From a virus (Duplodnaviria > Caudoviricetes), in IMG/VR virus record IMGVR_UViG_3300032373_000001: 64,000 bases of DNA. One strand, 5' to 3'. The first letter of the stretch is position 1, and every line of letters starts with the position of its first letter. Shown here piece after piece: positions 1-9,316 of the stretch. The notes beneath the pieces were generated by a model. It saw only the letters and a program-made list of their open reading frames with translations. It searched no databases and was not told the origin of the DNA. The position numbers were made by a program, and so were the translations under genes.

Positions 1-419
1 GCCTGCCCGGCCCACCTGACACCGGGGTCCGTTGTTCCCCGGACCATACGCCGACCAACTGGGCGGGGTCGGGCTCACTGTGGCTGTAGTCGGCTCCGGT
101 CCCCCCGAGGTCACGTCAATCTTGAGAAGATCATTGACGTCCAACAGGAAGTTCGAAGAGATGTGATCGAACTGGGGATACCGGGCCAGCAGACCGGCAG
201 AGATCAAGCCGGTGACGGACCCTGAGTCCTGCGGCTGGATGTAGCTGGAAGAGTCCAACTCGATAGACACCCCGTCCGGGACCGGGATGAGGTACTGGCC
301 GTTGACAACAGTGGTTCCCCCGACCGCAGGGGAGCTCTCCGACTTGACGACGTCGTCTGAAGAGAGGTTTCCGATGATCTGCAAGACCGTTTCTCCGTGT
401 TCTTAGGGCTGTACCCCAA

Positions 420-3400
420 TCAGGTGGTGGAGTTGTTCGCGGAAGTCCACCCGACCGCTGCAATGTCCGGCCAGGTGTTATTGCCGCCCCCAGAAGTGGA
501 CTGGCTGATGTTGCCCAGGAGCGCGCCGTCCGAGGTACTGTAGTTGGTCCCAGACTGACCGGCATCTGTCATGCTGGGCGTCAAGGAGGACCCATTGCCG
601 CGAGCCAGGTTGTTGGAGATGATGATCGCGTCCAAGTTCCCCTGGTTGGAGTCGAACGTCCCTGTCAGCACGGAGGTCTCCGCATCGCCGTCCCCGAGGT
701 CAACGAAGAATCCGTAGGCGGTGCCGTTGTTCAGCTGGTTGCTGGTCAACACCACGTTGTCCGACTCACCCGTGAGTCGGAGGCTCATGTTGTGGAGCCC
801 CCCGTTGAAAGAGGTAGACGCCGCCGACCCCGCCGAGCCGTTCTGAGTCGAGGCGTTGCCGCTCAAGACCACGTGTCGCAGAAAGGAGTTACCAACCGCT
901 CCGGAGTCCCCCACGTCATGAGCCAGCCGCAAGCCGTGGCCGCCGCAGTCCCGCACGATGTTGTTGCTCATGCTCACGTTGTACAGGTTGAAGGAAGTGC
1001 CGTTGCCCCCCGCGTCCGTAGGGGGATTGAACCCGGTGATGACGATCCCATTCGAGCCAGCCTCCACCACCGTGTTGCCATCGGTCTTGATGGAGTAGGA
1101 GCTGATAGTGTCGTTGGTGGGGTACTCGACCTGAATTCCGAGAGCTGCCGTGCCCTGAATGGAGTTGTTACAGGCGCGGATGTCCTCGTAGGTAGAGGAA
1201 CTTGCAGAGAGTGTTCCCGCATTGATAAGGATGCCGTTGGACCAAGAGCCACCGCGGATCTGGTTCCCCGAGGCCGAGACCTGAAGGATGTCGTCCACGC
1301 CGTCCAGGTCGATGCTGATGGCCGTACCCGTAGAGGCGGTTGCGGTGTCCCAGTTGAGGATGTTACCGTCCACTCGGAGGTCCGAGATGTCCTGAGCGTA
1401 GGTGGCCGTCAGGTCCGTGAAGTAGATCCGGATGCCTCCGCCGGGGCCAGAGTTGAGGATGTTGTTGCAGACCGAGACGTTGTTGTAGCTGCTGCCATCC
1501 CCGTAGAGGCCGATGCTGAGGATGGCGTCCTGATAACCTTCCGCAGCGCAGCGATCGAAGGTGTTGCCCTCAACCCGGAAGTTGGACGCCGAAGCATCGT
1601 TGAGGACGATGAAAATGTCCTCGTCCGCACTGACAGTGAACGCCGAGAAGTCGCTGGTAGTCAGCTCCCAGTAGTCCCCCATGAGCCAGACCACCGCGCC
1701 ATCGTTCCAGAAGTTGTACTGGTTGCCCGGCAGGGCCGTGTTCAGGGCACCCACGATGTTCGCGGCAGTGTCTGAGGCCGTACCTCCGACGGCAAACTCG
1801 GTCCCGGCAGTGATCACCGTACCATTGATGGTAAGCGTGTCACCGCCCGTGACGTTGCCGTTGTTGATGACCTCGATGCGTCCTGGGCCCACATTGTAGA
1901 AGGAGTTGTTCCGGACGCTGACGTTGCGGAGGCTCCCGTTCAGAGGGGAGGTGGCGTTGGAGTTGTCGAGACGGAAGCCCGTGGTCATCAGGTCGGTGAC
2001 CTGGTTGTCCCGAACGTCGAAGTTGGCCAGCCCTGGGACCGGAAGTGTAGTGGCCCCCATATCCAGGAAGATGGCTGCGCCGCCTTGCTGGTATCCCGGA
2101 CTGCCACTGCCGAACAGTCCCCGCTGACTCAGCGCGTTCTCGGAGATGTTGCCGCCGAAGACCTGACCCGAGATGAAGAGGCGGATGCCCTGGTTCGTCC
2201 AGTTCTCGATGGTGTTGTTGGCGATGACCAGGTTCGTAGAGATGTCCGTGTTGGTGGTAGCCAGCACGTAGAAGCCGGTGGTCAAGGCGCTGCCTGAACC
2301 GTAGACCGAGTTGCCCGTGATGGTGACATCGCTGAACAGGTCCGCATCGATCTGGGCGGCTCCCCCCCGGACATCACTGAAGGTGTTGTCTTGGATCGCC
2401 AGCCCCAGCACTTGCTCCAGGTCTACATCGACGGAGCGCTGGTACACCCCGTCGAAGGAGTTGCCCGAGATGGAGCAGCCTTCCAAGGGGTTGCTGGAAC
2501 CTCCGTCCTGAGTGAGCCGGAGGGCGGTGAGGCTCAAGGCATTGCCCTGGAACTGGTTGCCTTGAATCTGGATGTTCTGGTAGAAGCCCGCGCCGCCATC
2601 GACCAAGAGCAGGGTCGTAGCAGGACCCACGTCCGGCTGAAGGAGCTGATTGCCCGAGATGAGGACGTTGACCAGGGCTGTCGTCAAACCCGAGTCGCAG
2701 AGGACTTCGAGGTGTGCGTTGGAAGTTGTGAGGACCGCCTCGACCGTGTTGCCTTGAACCCGGAGGCCGTTGACGGTGGAGTTGTCGCCCACAGTGGCCG
2801 AGATACCGGCATCCCCGCAAGAGCGGAGGTGGTTCTCCGAGATGGCAGCATCCCGAACAGTGATGTCAGTGCTACCGACCCCACCATCGTCGGCGCGGAG
2901 GTGGATGCCGTAGGTGGCTGCTGCGGTCACAGAGTTGGCCGTAGCGCTCAACCCTGCGAAGTCACTGGTCGCACCCGTGGAACGGTTGGCGAAGAAGATG
3001 CCATAGCCCCCTCCGGCCCCAGTGCCTGCCAGCGCGTCCAGGACATTGCCCGAGACCACCAGCCTCTCACAGTTGCGCGCGTAGAGCCCTTGAGAGTCCA
3101 CGTTGGCCCCGCCAGCAGTAGGGGGGTTCTGGGTCCCGGTGGAGTCAATGATCTCCCCGATCTCGGAGATGTTGTTGCCGTTGACCGTGCAGCTCACTGC
3201 CCAGTTGAGTCCGATGCCCTTGCAGCCCGATGCGAAGGTATCGGTCAGGCTGCCTTGAGCGTAGGCGCAGTGGTGAATGGTGTTGCCCGTCACCTGGCAG
3301 TCTTCCATCGGGAAGGTAGAGGAACCCTCCAAGAGGATGCCGTTCTGGAACCTCTGGATCGTGTTGCCCCGGATGGTGATGTACCGGGCCTCCGCAGCAG

Positions 3401-5723
3401 AGTTCTGAACGTAGATGCCATCCGCCGTGGGGTCGAACGGATTCGACCCCAGATAGCCGTCGAGGTTGTTGTTCTCGATCAGCACGTTCCAACAGTAGTC
3501 GGTGACCCTGATGGCGTCCGCAGTCACTGCGTAGACAGTGTTGTTGGAGATCTCCAGGTCCTGGGTCCGGTTGTTCGCCGAATCGGCCCCCGTCACCGCG
3601 ATGCCCGTACCAGTGACCTCCGCCCCGTTGATGTAGTTGCCGGTCACCTTGCTGACCTGGGTGCCGTTACCCAAGACCACTGCTGTGGTGAGGGAGCTGA
3701 AGCGGTTGTTCTGGATCTGGACACCAGCAGTGTTGCTGCTGACCTCCACCCCATAGCGGTTCAAGCTCAGGGTGGTGTCTTGGACCAGGTAGTCTTCAGT
3801 GCCTTGGATGTAGATGCCTCGACCCAAGACCCCCACCGAGTTGTAGAACCCCGAGACCTCACAGCCCCGAACACTGGCGCGCACTCCTTGGAGATCGATG
3901 CCCATCGGCACCTCAGCCGTGTAGCTGGCTGCGGACCGGCCATTCTCGATGCGGGTGGCATCCATGCTGAACCCCTCACCAGTGACCTGAACCCCCAGGA
4001 GTCCTCGGGTGGTGTCGGTCAGGAGCTGGCACCCAGTCATGCGGGAATCTGCCCCCGCGATGGCGGCAGCGACCTCTACTTCCCGAACCGTAGTACTGGA
4101 GACCAGCGCGTCCGAGGAGTTGAACTCAAGGCCCTCCTTGGCCCCCCGAATCAAGCACCCGACCACCTGAGTCCCAGGGCTGGTTCCCGTCTGGGAGATA
4201 CCATTGCCCAGATCATCCGAGTCGTTGTAGAAGCCTTGGATCTCGGTGTTGGAGATCAAGGCGTCCGCCACGTCGGCCAACAAGATGCCTTGCGGGTCGT
4301 CCCCCCCTCCCCAGGTGGTGCGCGGGTTCTCCAGAGAGCAGGACGTGATCTCCACTCCGGAGAGGGTGTTGAGCAGGAAGCCGTCCACTGCCGTAGTGGC
4401 ATCCAAGACCACGGTCGTGTCTACGATCTTGGCGTGGTCCGGGACCGAGTCTGAGCTACCAGCAGCATAGTTCAGACCCGTGGTGGCATTGAGCAAGCGG
4501 CTGCCCAGTACGTGATGACCATAGCCCCGAAGGTACACGTTCAGGGCATAGCCATCCACCGAGACGTTCCGGAGGGTGCAGCGGCCCTGCCTCGCTGAAG
4601 GTGCGGTGTTGTCCCAGAAGGAAATGCCAGCCGTGCCGGAGCCAGCCGTGCCTTGCACCCTACAGTCGGCAATCAGGCACTCCTCTGCTTGGTCGATACG
4701 GACCCCATAGTCACTGGCCTGGAAGAAGTTGCGGTGAAATTGGCCCTGGCTGGAAGCAGTCAAGTCAATGCACCGCTCCCAGGTGTTGGTTCCGTCGATG
4801 AAGTAGCAGTCTTCCACCCGCAGGTTGTCGGCAGTGCCTCCAATGACCCTTGAGGTGGCATGGTTACACACAAAGGCCAGATTGCGGAAAGTGACCTGAC
4901 TGGCTGCCAAGTTGAACATGGGGACTGGAGCAAGCACTGCCCCGCTCTGAAGGATGGCGTCCCCGTCCCCCTCGAAGATGACCCCTTCCAGGTTAACGGT
5001 GATCCCAGAACTGATCGTGTGGGTGCCCCTAATGAGAATACGGTGAGTGTCGATCTCAGACGTGGCTCCCGCCGTGGCATACAGCTCCAAGTAGAGGAGT
5101 GCCGCCTCCAGGCTGAGGAAGTTTGCCTCGGAGCGCTGGTTGGCTGAGGTGCCATCACTACGCACAGTGAAAGGGACCTTGCGGTCCAGGTTGTAAACGA
5201 ACCACCGAGCATCTTCGGAACTAACGATGCTGCCGCCCAAGGCCAGGACCCGAGCAAGGAGGATGTCCTCGCTCTCCATGGTAGGGAGGCTCGTCGAGGA
5301 GGTCAGAGTCCCCGTGCTGGCGTCGATGTAGAGGTAGTTGGTGGCGGAATCCGTCAGCGTAGTCGAGTCCCCACCGAAGCTAATCGCCCCGCCCCCCACA
5401 AGGGCCGTGGTGGGGGAATCCAAGGTGACAACCAGACCCACTGCAGTGTAGGTGCCGCCTTCGATCAAGCCGTTGTAGCGGGTCGAGCCAGTGCCCCCGC
5501 CGATCTCTTGCAGTGCCCCCTCTACATCATCCGAGACATACAAGCCGCCCGCATCTTCGATCTCAATGGCTTCCGCCAGGTGAGCGCGGGAGTCATCCCG
5601 GACGTGACTCTTCAGGGGGATGGAGTCCCTACTGGGCTCCGTGAGGGCAGAGCTGGTCACCGAGCCTTGGGGAGTGTTCCCCGTTCCGATGTTGAGGTCG
5701 CCAGGGTTATTCGAGCGAGGCAT
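420..5723 (-). CDS. Giant parallel beta-helix virion protein (tailspike/fibre-like, pectate-lyase-like fold), 1767 aa
   Basis: Dozens of PbH1-like turns (xxIxGNxIxx, V/I-x-N-N); N-terminal fibre-type motif DDVEGALQEI; directly downstream of the 1097-aa tail gene. Confidence 0.8.
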   Translation of the reverse strand: MPRSNNPGDLNIGTGNTPQGSVTSSALTEPSRDSIPLKSHVRDDSRAHLAEAIEIEDAGGLYVSDDVEGALQEIGGGTGSTRYNGLIEGGTYTAVGLVVTLDSPTTALVGGGAISFGGDSTTLTDSATNYLYIDASTGTLTSSTSLPTMESEDILLARVLALGGSIVSSEDARWFVYNLDRKVPFTVRSDGTSANQRSEANFLSLEAALLYLELYATAGATSEIDTHRILIRGTHTISSGITVNLEGVIFEGDGDAILQSGAVLAPVPMFNLAASQVTFRNLAFVCNHATSRVIGGTADNLRVEDCYFIDGTNTWERCIDLTASSQGQFHRNFFQASDYGVRIDQAEECLIADCRVQGTAGSGTAGISFWDNTAPSARQGRCTLRNVSVDGYALNVYLRGYGHHVLGSRLLNATTGLNYAAGSSDSVPDHAKIVDTTVVLDATTAVDGFLLNTLSGVEITSCSLENPRTTWGGGDDPQGILLADVADALISNTEIQGFYNDSDDLGNGISQTGTSPGTQVVGCLIRGAKEGLEFNSSDALVSSTTVREVEVAAAIAGADSRMTGCQLLTDTTRGLLGVQVTGEGFSMDATRIENGRSAASYTAEVPMGIDLQGVRASVRGCEVSGFYNSVGVLGRGIYIQGTEDYLVQDTTLSLNRYGVEVSSNTAGVQIQNNRFSSLTTAVVLGNGTQVSKVTGNYINGAEVTGTGIAVTGADSANNRTQDLEISNNTVYAVTADAIRVTDYCWNVLIENNNLDGYLGSNPFDPTADGIYVQNSAAEARYITIRGNTIQRFQNGILLEGSSTFPMEDCQVTGNTIHHCAYAQGSLTDTFASGCKGIGLNWAVSCTVNGNNISEIGEIIDSTGTQNPPTAGGANVDSQGLYARNCERLVVSGNVLDALAGTGAGGGYGIFFANRSTGATSDFAGLSATANSVTAAATYGIHLRADDGGVGSTDITVRDAAISENHLRSCGDAGISATVGDNSTVNGLRVQGNTVEAVLTTSNAHLEVLCDSGLTTALVNVLISGNQLLQPDVGPATTLLLVDGGAGFYQNIQIQGNQFQGNALSLTALRLTQDGGSSNPLEGCSISGNSFDGVYQRSVDVDLEQVLGLAIQDNTFSDVRGGAAQIDADLFSDVTITGNSVYGSGSALTTGFYVLATTNTDISTNLVIANNTIENWTNQGIRLFISGQVFGGNISENALSQRGLFGSGSPGYQQGGAAIFLDMGATTLPVPGLANFDVRDNQVTDLMTTGFRLDNSNATSPLNGSLRNVSVRNNSFYNVGPGRIEVINNGNVTGGDTLTINGTVITAGTEFAVGGTASDTAANIVGALNTALPGNQYNFWNDGAVVWLMGDYWELTTSDFSAFTVSADEDIFIVLNDASASNFRVEGNTFDRCAAEGYQDAILSIGLYGDGSSYNNVSVCNNILNSGPGGGIRIYFTDLTATYAQDISDLRVDGNILNWDTATASTGTAISIDLDGVDDILQVSASGNQIRGGSWSNGILINAGTLSASSSTYEDIRACNNSIQGTAALGIQVEYPTNDTISSYSIKTDGNTVVEAGSNGIVITGFNPPTDAGGNGTSFNLYNVSMSNNIVRDCGGHGLRLAHDVGDSGAVGNSFLRHVVLSGNASTQNGSAGSAASTSFNGGLHNMSLRLTGESDNVVLTSNQLNNGTAYGFFVDLGDGDAETSVLTGTFDSNQGNLDAIIISNNLARGNGSSLTPSMTDAGQSGTNYSTSDGALLGNISQSTSGGGNNTWPDIAAVGWTSANNSTT

Positions 5724-5729
5724 TCGATG

Positions 5730-8700
5730 TCACTCCGCCAAGATGAAGAGGCCACGGGTCTTGTAGACTGCCGCGCAGGTTTCGTTGTTCGAGTCGGTGA
5801 ACCGGACAGTGTTGTCGTCGTCCAGGATGCCGAAGCGGCTCACCACGATCAAGAGGACTTCTCCTGCCCGGAACAGCTCGTTGTCGCTCTCCGCGCGAGC
5901 CAAGAACGGGAAGAAGCACTTGTGGGCCATGACGCCACCCAGTTTCTGGGCAGCAGCTGTGGGCCTGTATGCCGTCGGGTCTGCAGTCTTGTAGGCTGCC
6001 CGGAACTCAACATCGGCATCGATGTCCGTGAATGTGAAGGTGCCGTTAGCGTCGGCCCGAAGGAGCTGGTGGAGGCTCAACAGGCCCGCATTGGCGTCGA
6101 ATCCACTGACCTCAATCTTAGAGGTGGCCTGGAGGACCCACTCACCCTGGAAGGTGGCAGGGCTCAAGTCCCCATTCACCGCGACCTGATCCAGGGGGTT
6201 CGAGTAGGGGAAGCCGAGTTCCGAAGACCCGGCCGAGTTGCTGCCGGCCCACAGGCCGGTGCTCATGGCCAGGGGTCGGACTACCAACGAAGAAGGCAGC
6301 GGGTAGGTGGACGGAGCGCCTGCTTGGACTCCGACCGTCTGAGGAGCGTTGCTGCGGAAGTAAACTGCCAGCTGGTAGCCCGCAGCCCCGTAGTTGGGCA
6401 ACGGGTCCTGGGCGAAGTACTCCACAGAGCAGAGGGTCTGGCCGGCACCGCTCAAGGGACTGCCTCCTTGAATCGCCAGCAGCCGGGAGGAGGACCCATA
6501 CTCCGTCGCTGAGGTGTCGACCGGGCGCGCCACCAAGTCGTTCTGGTCGGTGACGGTGACGGTGGTCACCCCCGAACCGTAGATGCGGCGGGGCAGGATC
6601 ATGCTCACGGTGTTCAGGCTCACGACGGAGTCGGTGATGGGAGTGCCGCTGCCTGCTCCAGAGTTGTCGTTGGCGATGTACTCCAGGGCAATCTCCCGGC
6701 GACCCTCAGTGAACACCGGATCAAGGAGACCTTCCCAGTCGTTCGGGCGCTGGGTGACGTCGTTTTCCAGGACCGGACCGTCTGGGTACACTCCGGAGTC
6801 CGGGACCACCTCCAGGTCTGGGGTGTCGGTGGTCCCGGAGCCGATCGGGTAGCTGATTTCCAGCTCAACGAAGATGCGTCGGGGGGAGCCGTTGTCCCCA
6901 GCCCCGCTATCTACCACCATGTCGTAGGTGGCGACGCTCAACCCCCCGCTGGCCTGGAGCCCGTTGTCAGCGAGGTAGACCTGGATGACCGAGGTGCCGA
7001 TACCTCGGATCTGATCGATCTGAACAGTCTGATCGATGGCAGTGTTGAAGTTGCCGTCATCATGGACCACCCGAAGGACATCCGTGACCACAGTCCCGCT
7101 GGGCCAGAGGTTCTCCACATCCCCACCGCCCGTAGGAGATCCCGAGGAGGCGTTAGACCAGTCACCAGGACCCGTTGCGTCCAAGGAGGTCAGGTCGATC
7201 GTGATGATGTCGCCTTCCTGCCAAGTGGTGTAACCGCCCGTGTTCTTGGTCACGTACAGGCCAGGGTTGGTGCCGATAGCAGCATCAGGCTCGACCGGGA
7301 AGATGCGGCGTTCCACGACAGAGTAGTCGGCAAAGCGTCGGCGGACATGGTCGAAGTCCCCGATCTGATCGCCCCGCGTTGTAGAGCCCGAGGCGGGTGA
7401 GACGCCGCCCTTGCTGGCAGAGCGACCGATCTCGTTGCACACCAAGAACTGGGTGCTTTGGTCTCCGGAGCCTGCACCAAGAGTGTTCTTGTCTGCAGCG
7501 TCGATCGCCCAGGTGAAGAGGTTGCCATCCAGCAACAACTGCATCTGACGCCGAAGCTCTCCGCTCTGGTCCAAGCCGCCAGGAACGACCTGCCTGCGGA
7601 GGTCAATGACATCCCCCCCTTGAGGCAGGATCTCGTCGTGGAATCGCCCGTCGGGACGATCCGAAGTGTTAGCAGGGATCGTCCCAATCACCGGGTTGAC
7701 GTAGCCGGGATGTGTTTGCGGGGGGGCACCGTTGGTGTTGGTCAGGGGAGCAAAGCCTGCCCCCGCGCCTCCGTTGTAGGCATCGTTCCTGCGAAGGACG
7801 AAACACAGAGGGATGGCATACACATAGCCATCCACCGTACCCAACGCGGTAGCTGCAGTGGAGCTACCGTCCCCAGCGACCCACAGCCCCGGATCCACCG
7901 TCTCGTAAGCCGTGGCGTCGGAGTTGCTCGAAACGGTAGAATTGTCCGCTGGGATGAACGGGTAGGTGGCAACCGGAGAAGCCTGAGCACCTTGAGCCAG
8001 GATGTTGGAGTTGCTGAACCCGCTGTACTCGGTCTTGAAGTTGACCGCCTCACTCTGACCGGTGACCCTCAAACGGTACTGGATCTGAACCCTCTTGGTG
8101 CTCTCGGTCCCTACGATGGGGTCTTCGATGTTGTCCGTCAGGTTCACTCCCGCCGGAGCATCGACGTTGCCGTGGCGGTAGAGGGTCGCTTGAGTCGGCT
8201 TGTTGGCCGTGTCGCTACCCCCGCTGAAGGTGGTCGGGCCAGCCCCCCCGTTGACCTGAATAGCGCCCGCAGTTCCGAGGGTGATCGTCAGGGTGAGGGC
8301 GTTACCCGCAGCCCCCGCGAAAGGGTCGGCTGCGCGAAGGTTGACCAGGTCCGTGTTCGAAGGGTCGATGGTCGCCGTGCAGATCCCGGTGAAGGAGTTC
8401 CCCGAGTCATTGATGGCATTGGAAATGTTCTGGGCAGTGGCGGCTTCGTTGGCCCCGACCTGAAACTCATCGACAGCGGGGGCTCCGGCAACCGCAGTGA
8501 GGTTGGTGCCGTTGAGGGAGAGGATGTCCCCCGGAGTCACATCTGCGTTCGTGATGACCTCGATGGTGGCCGTGGCCCGAGGGCTGGTGGATACTACACA
8601 GCGCCACACCTCAAGGAAAACGAAGTCAGTCCGCTTCACGTCAGGCGGGGCACCGCCGAACACGGGAGCCGCATCGAGCTGGATGGTGTTGGAGGCCTGA

Positions 8701-9023
8701 GTGGTTGTGTTGGTGTACTCAACCACCACCGGCATGTCAGCGACCAGAGCCACGCGGCGGACCATGCCGAGCTGATCGGCTGCTGCGCCGGTAGAGAAGT
8801 CCGCCAGGGGGTCCGCAGTGGTCGGCCCACGGAGCCACCCCGAGGTGGTGGTCTGTCGCTGGAGGAGCCTGTTCAGCTCCAGCGACCACTCCTGACTCAG
8901 GTTGAGGTCTGAGTCCAAGATGGGCTTGCCCGACTGAACCAGCACGTCTGCCCAAGAGTGGTCGCCGGGTGACAGGTATCGGGAAACAGAGGTTCCGGGG
9001 AAATACTTCTCGCGGACGGGCAT
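5730..9023 (-). CDS. Tail/baseplate structural protein, 1097 aa (DUF6519/DUF4815-like N-terminus)
   Basis: N-terminal VLVQSGKPILDSDLNLSQE resembles the VxxQQGxxxLDxDxNE motif recalled from baseplate-associated proteins; G/T/S/D-rich beta composition. Confidence 0.65.
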   Translation of the reverse strand: MPVREKYFPGTSVSRYLSPGDHSWADVLVQSGKPILDSDLNLSQEWSLELNRLLQRQTTTSGWLRGPTTADPLADFSTGAAADQLGMVRRVALVADMPVVVEYTNTTTQASNTIQLDAAPVFGGAPPDVKRTDFVFLEVWRCVVSTSPRATATIEVITNADVTPGDILSLNGTNLTAVAGAPAVDEFQVGANEAATAQNISNAINDSGNSFTGICTATIDPSNTDLVNLRAADPFAGAAGNALTLTITLGTAGAIQVNGGAGPTTFSGGSDTANKPTQATLYRHGNVDAPAGVNLTDNIEDPIVGTESTKRVQIQYRLRVTGQSEAVNFKTEYSGFSNSNILAQGAQASPVATYPFIPADNSTVSSNSDATAYETVDPGLWVAGDGSSTAATALGTVDGYVYAIPLCFVLRRNDAYNGGAGAGFAPLTNTNGAPPQTHPGYVNPVIGTIPANTSDRPDGRFHDEILPQGGDVIDLRRQVVPGGLDQSGELRRQMQLLLDGNLFTWAIDAADKNTLGAGSGDQSTQFLVCNEIGRSASKGGVSPASGSTTRGDQIGDFDHVRRRFADYSVVERRIFPVEPDAAIGTNPGLYVTKNTGGYTTWQEGDIITIDLTSLDATGPGDWSNASSGSPTGGGDVENLWPSGTVVTDVLRVVHDDGNFNTAIDQTVQIDQIRGIGTSVIQVYLADNGLQASGGLSVATYDMVVDSGAGDNGSPRRIFVELEISYPIGSGTTDTPDLEVVPDSGVYPDGPVLENDVTQRPNDWEGLLDPVFTEGRREIALEYIANDNSGAGSGTPITDSVVSLNTVSMILPRRIYGSGVTTVTVTDQNDLVARPVDTSATEYGSSSRLLAIQGGSPLSGAGQTLCSVEYFAQDPLPNYGAAGYQLAVYFRSNAPQTVGVQAGAPSTYPLPSSLVVRPLAMSTGLWAGSNSAGSSELGFPYSNPLDQVAVNGDLSPATFQGEWVLQATSKIEVSGFDANAGLLSLHQLLRADANGTFTFTDIDADVEFRAAYKTADPTAYRPTAAAQKLGGVMAHKCFFPFLARAESDNELFRAGEVLLIVVSRFGILDDDNTVRFTDSNNETCAAVYKTRGLFILAE

Positions 9024-9037
9024 TTAGATCTCCTGGA

Positions 9038-9169
9038 TCATCTCCGAATTCTTCGGCCCCTCGGCGAAGGCTTCGGGGTATTCGGGGTCCCCTTCTTGGG
9101 AGGCTTCTTCGTGGATGAGGGCCTCAGTTTCGGCTTGACAGCTTTCTTCTTGCGGCAGTTACAACCCAC
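9038..9169 (-). CDS. Small basic protein, 43 aa (MGCNCRKKKAVKPKLRPSSTKKPPKKGTPNTPKPSPRGRRIRR)
   Basis: GTG start at 9169 after GAGGGGGG; stop 14 nt before the 1097-aa gene; CGGTA-N6-CTAT motif 30 nt upstream. Confidence 0.6.
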   Translation of the reverse strand: MGCNCRKKKAVKPKLRPSSTKKPPKKGTPNTPKPSPRGRRIRR

Positions 9170-9198
9170 GAGGAACCCCCCTCTAAGGCGACTCCTGT

Positions 9199-9213
9199 AT
9201 AGGGGGTGTACCG
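9199..9213 (-). promoter_or_regulatory. Putative late promoter CGGTACACCCCCTAT
   Basis: Identical 16-mer at 14366-14381; both copies precede minus-strand structural operons. Confidence 0.6.
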
Positions 9214-9316
9214 CAGGGCGGGCATGTTGACACCCCCCGTGAATTTTTTTCGGCGTGTTGATTTCGGGGCAGATTTGTGGCCGTAATGGGGGTGAGAATA
9301 CGAACGGAGGTCGATA

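Noticed and set aside
131-419. Small minus-strand ORFs at the left edge (144 aa, 71 aa)
   Set aside because: They overlap each other and have no motifs. The region may hold the start of a gene running off the window, but it cannot be defined
792-4454. Long plus-strand ORFs (327 aa, 687 aa) opposite the beta-helix gene, and similar ones at 7458-8912, 35436-37097, 46769-48781, 53217-54623 and 56055-57311
   Set aside because: They are antisense shadows of GC3-biased genes: no RBS, no recognisable motifs, V/R/G-rich composition
9227-9255. TTGACA hexamer as a sigma70 -35 element
   Set aside because: No acceptable -10 hexamer at 16-18 nt spacing
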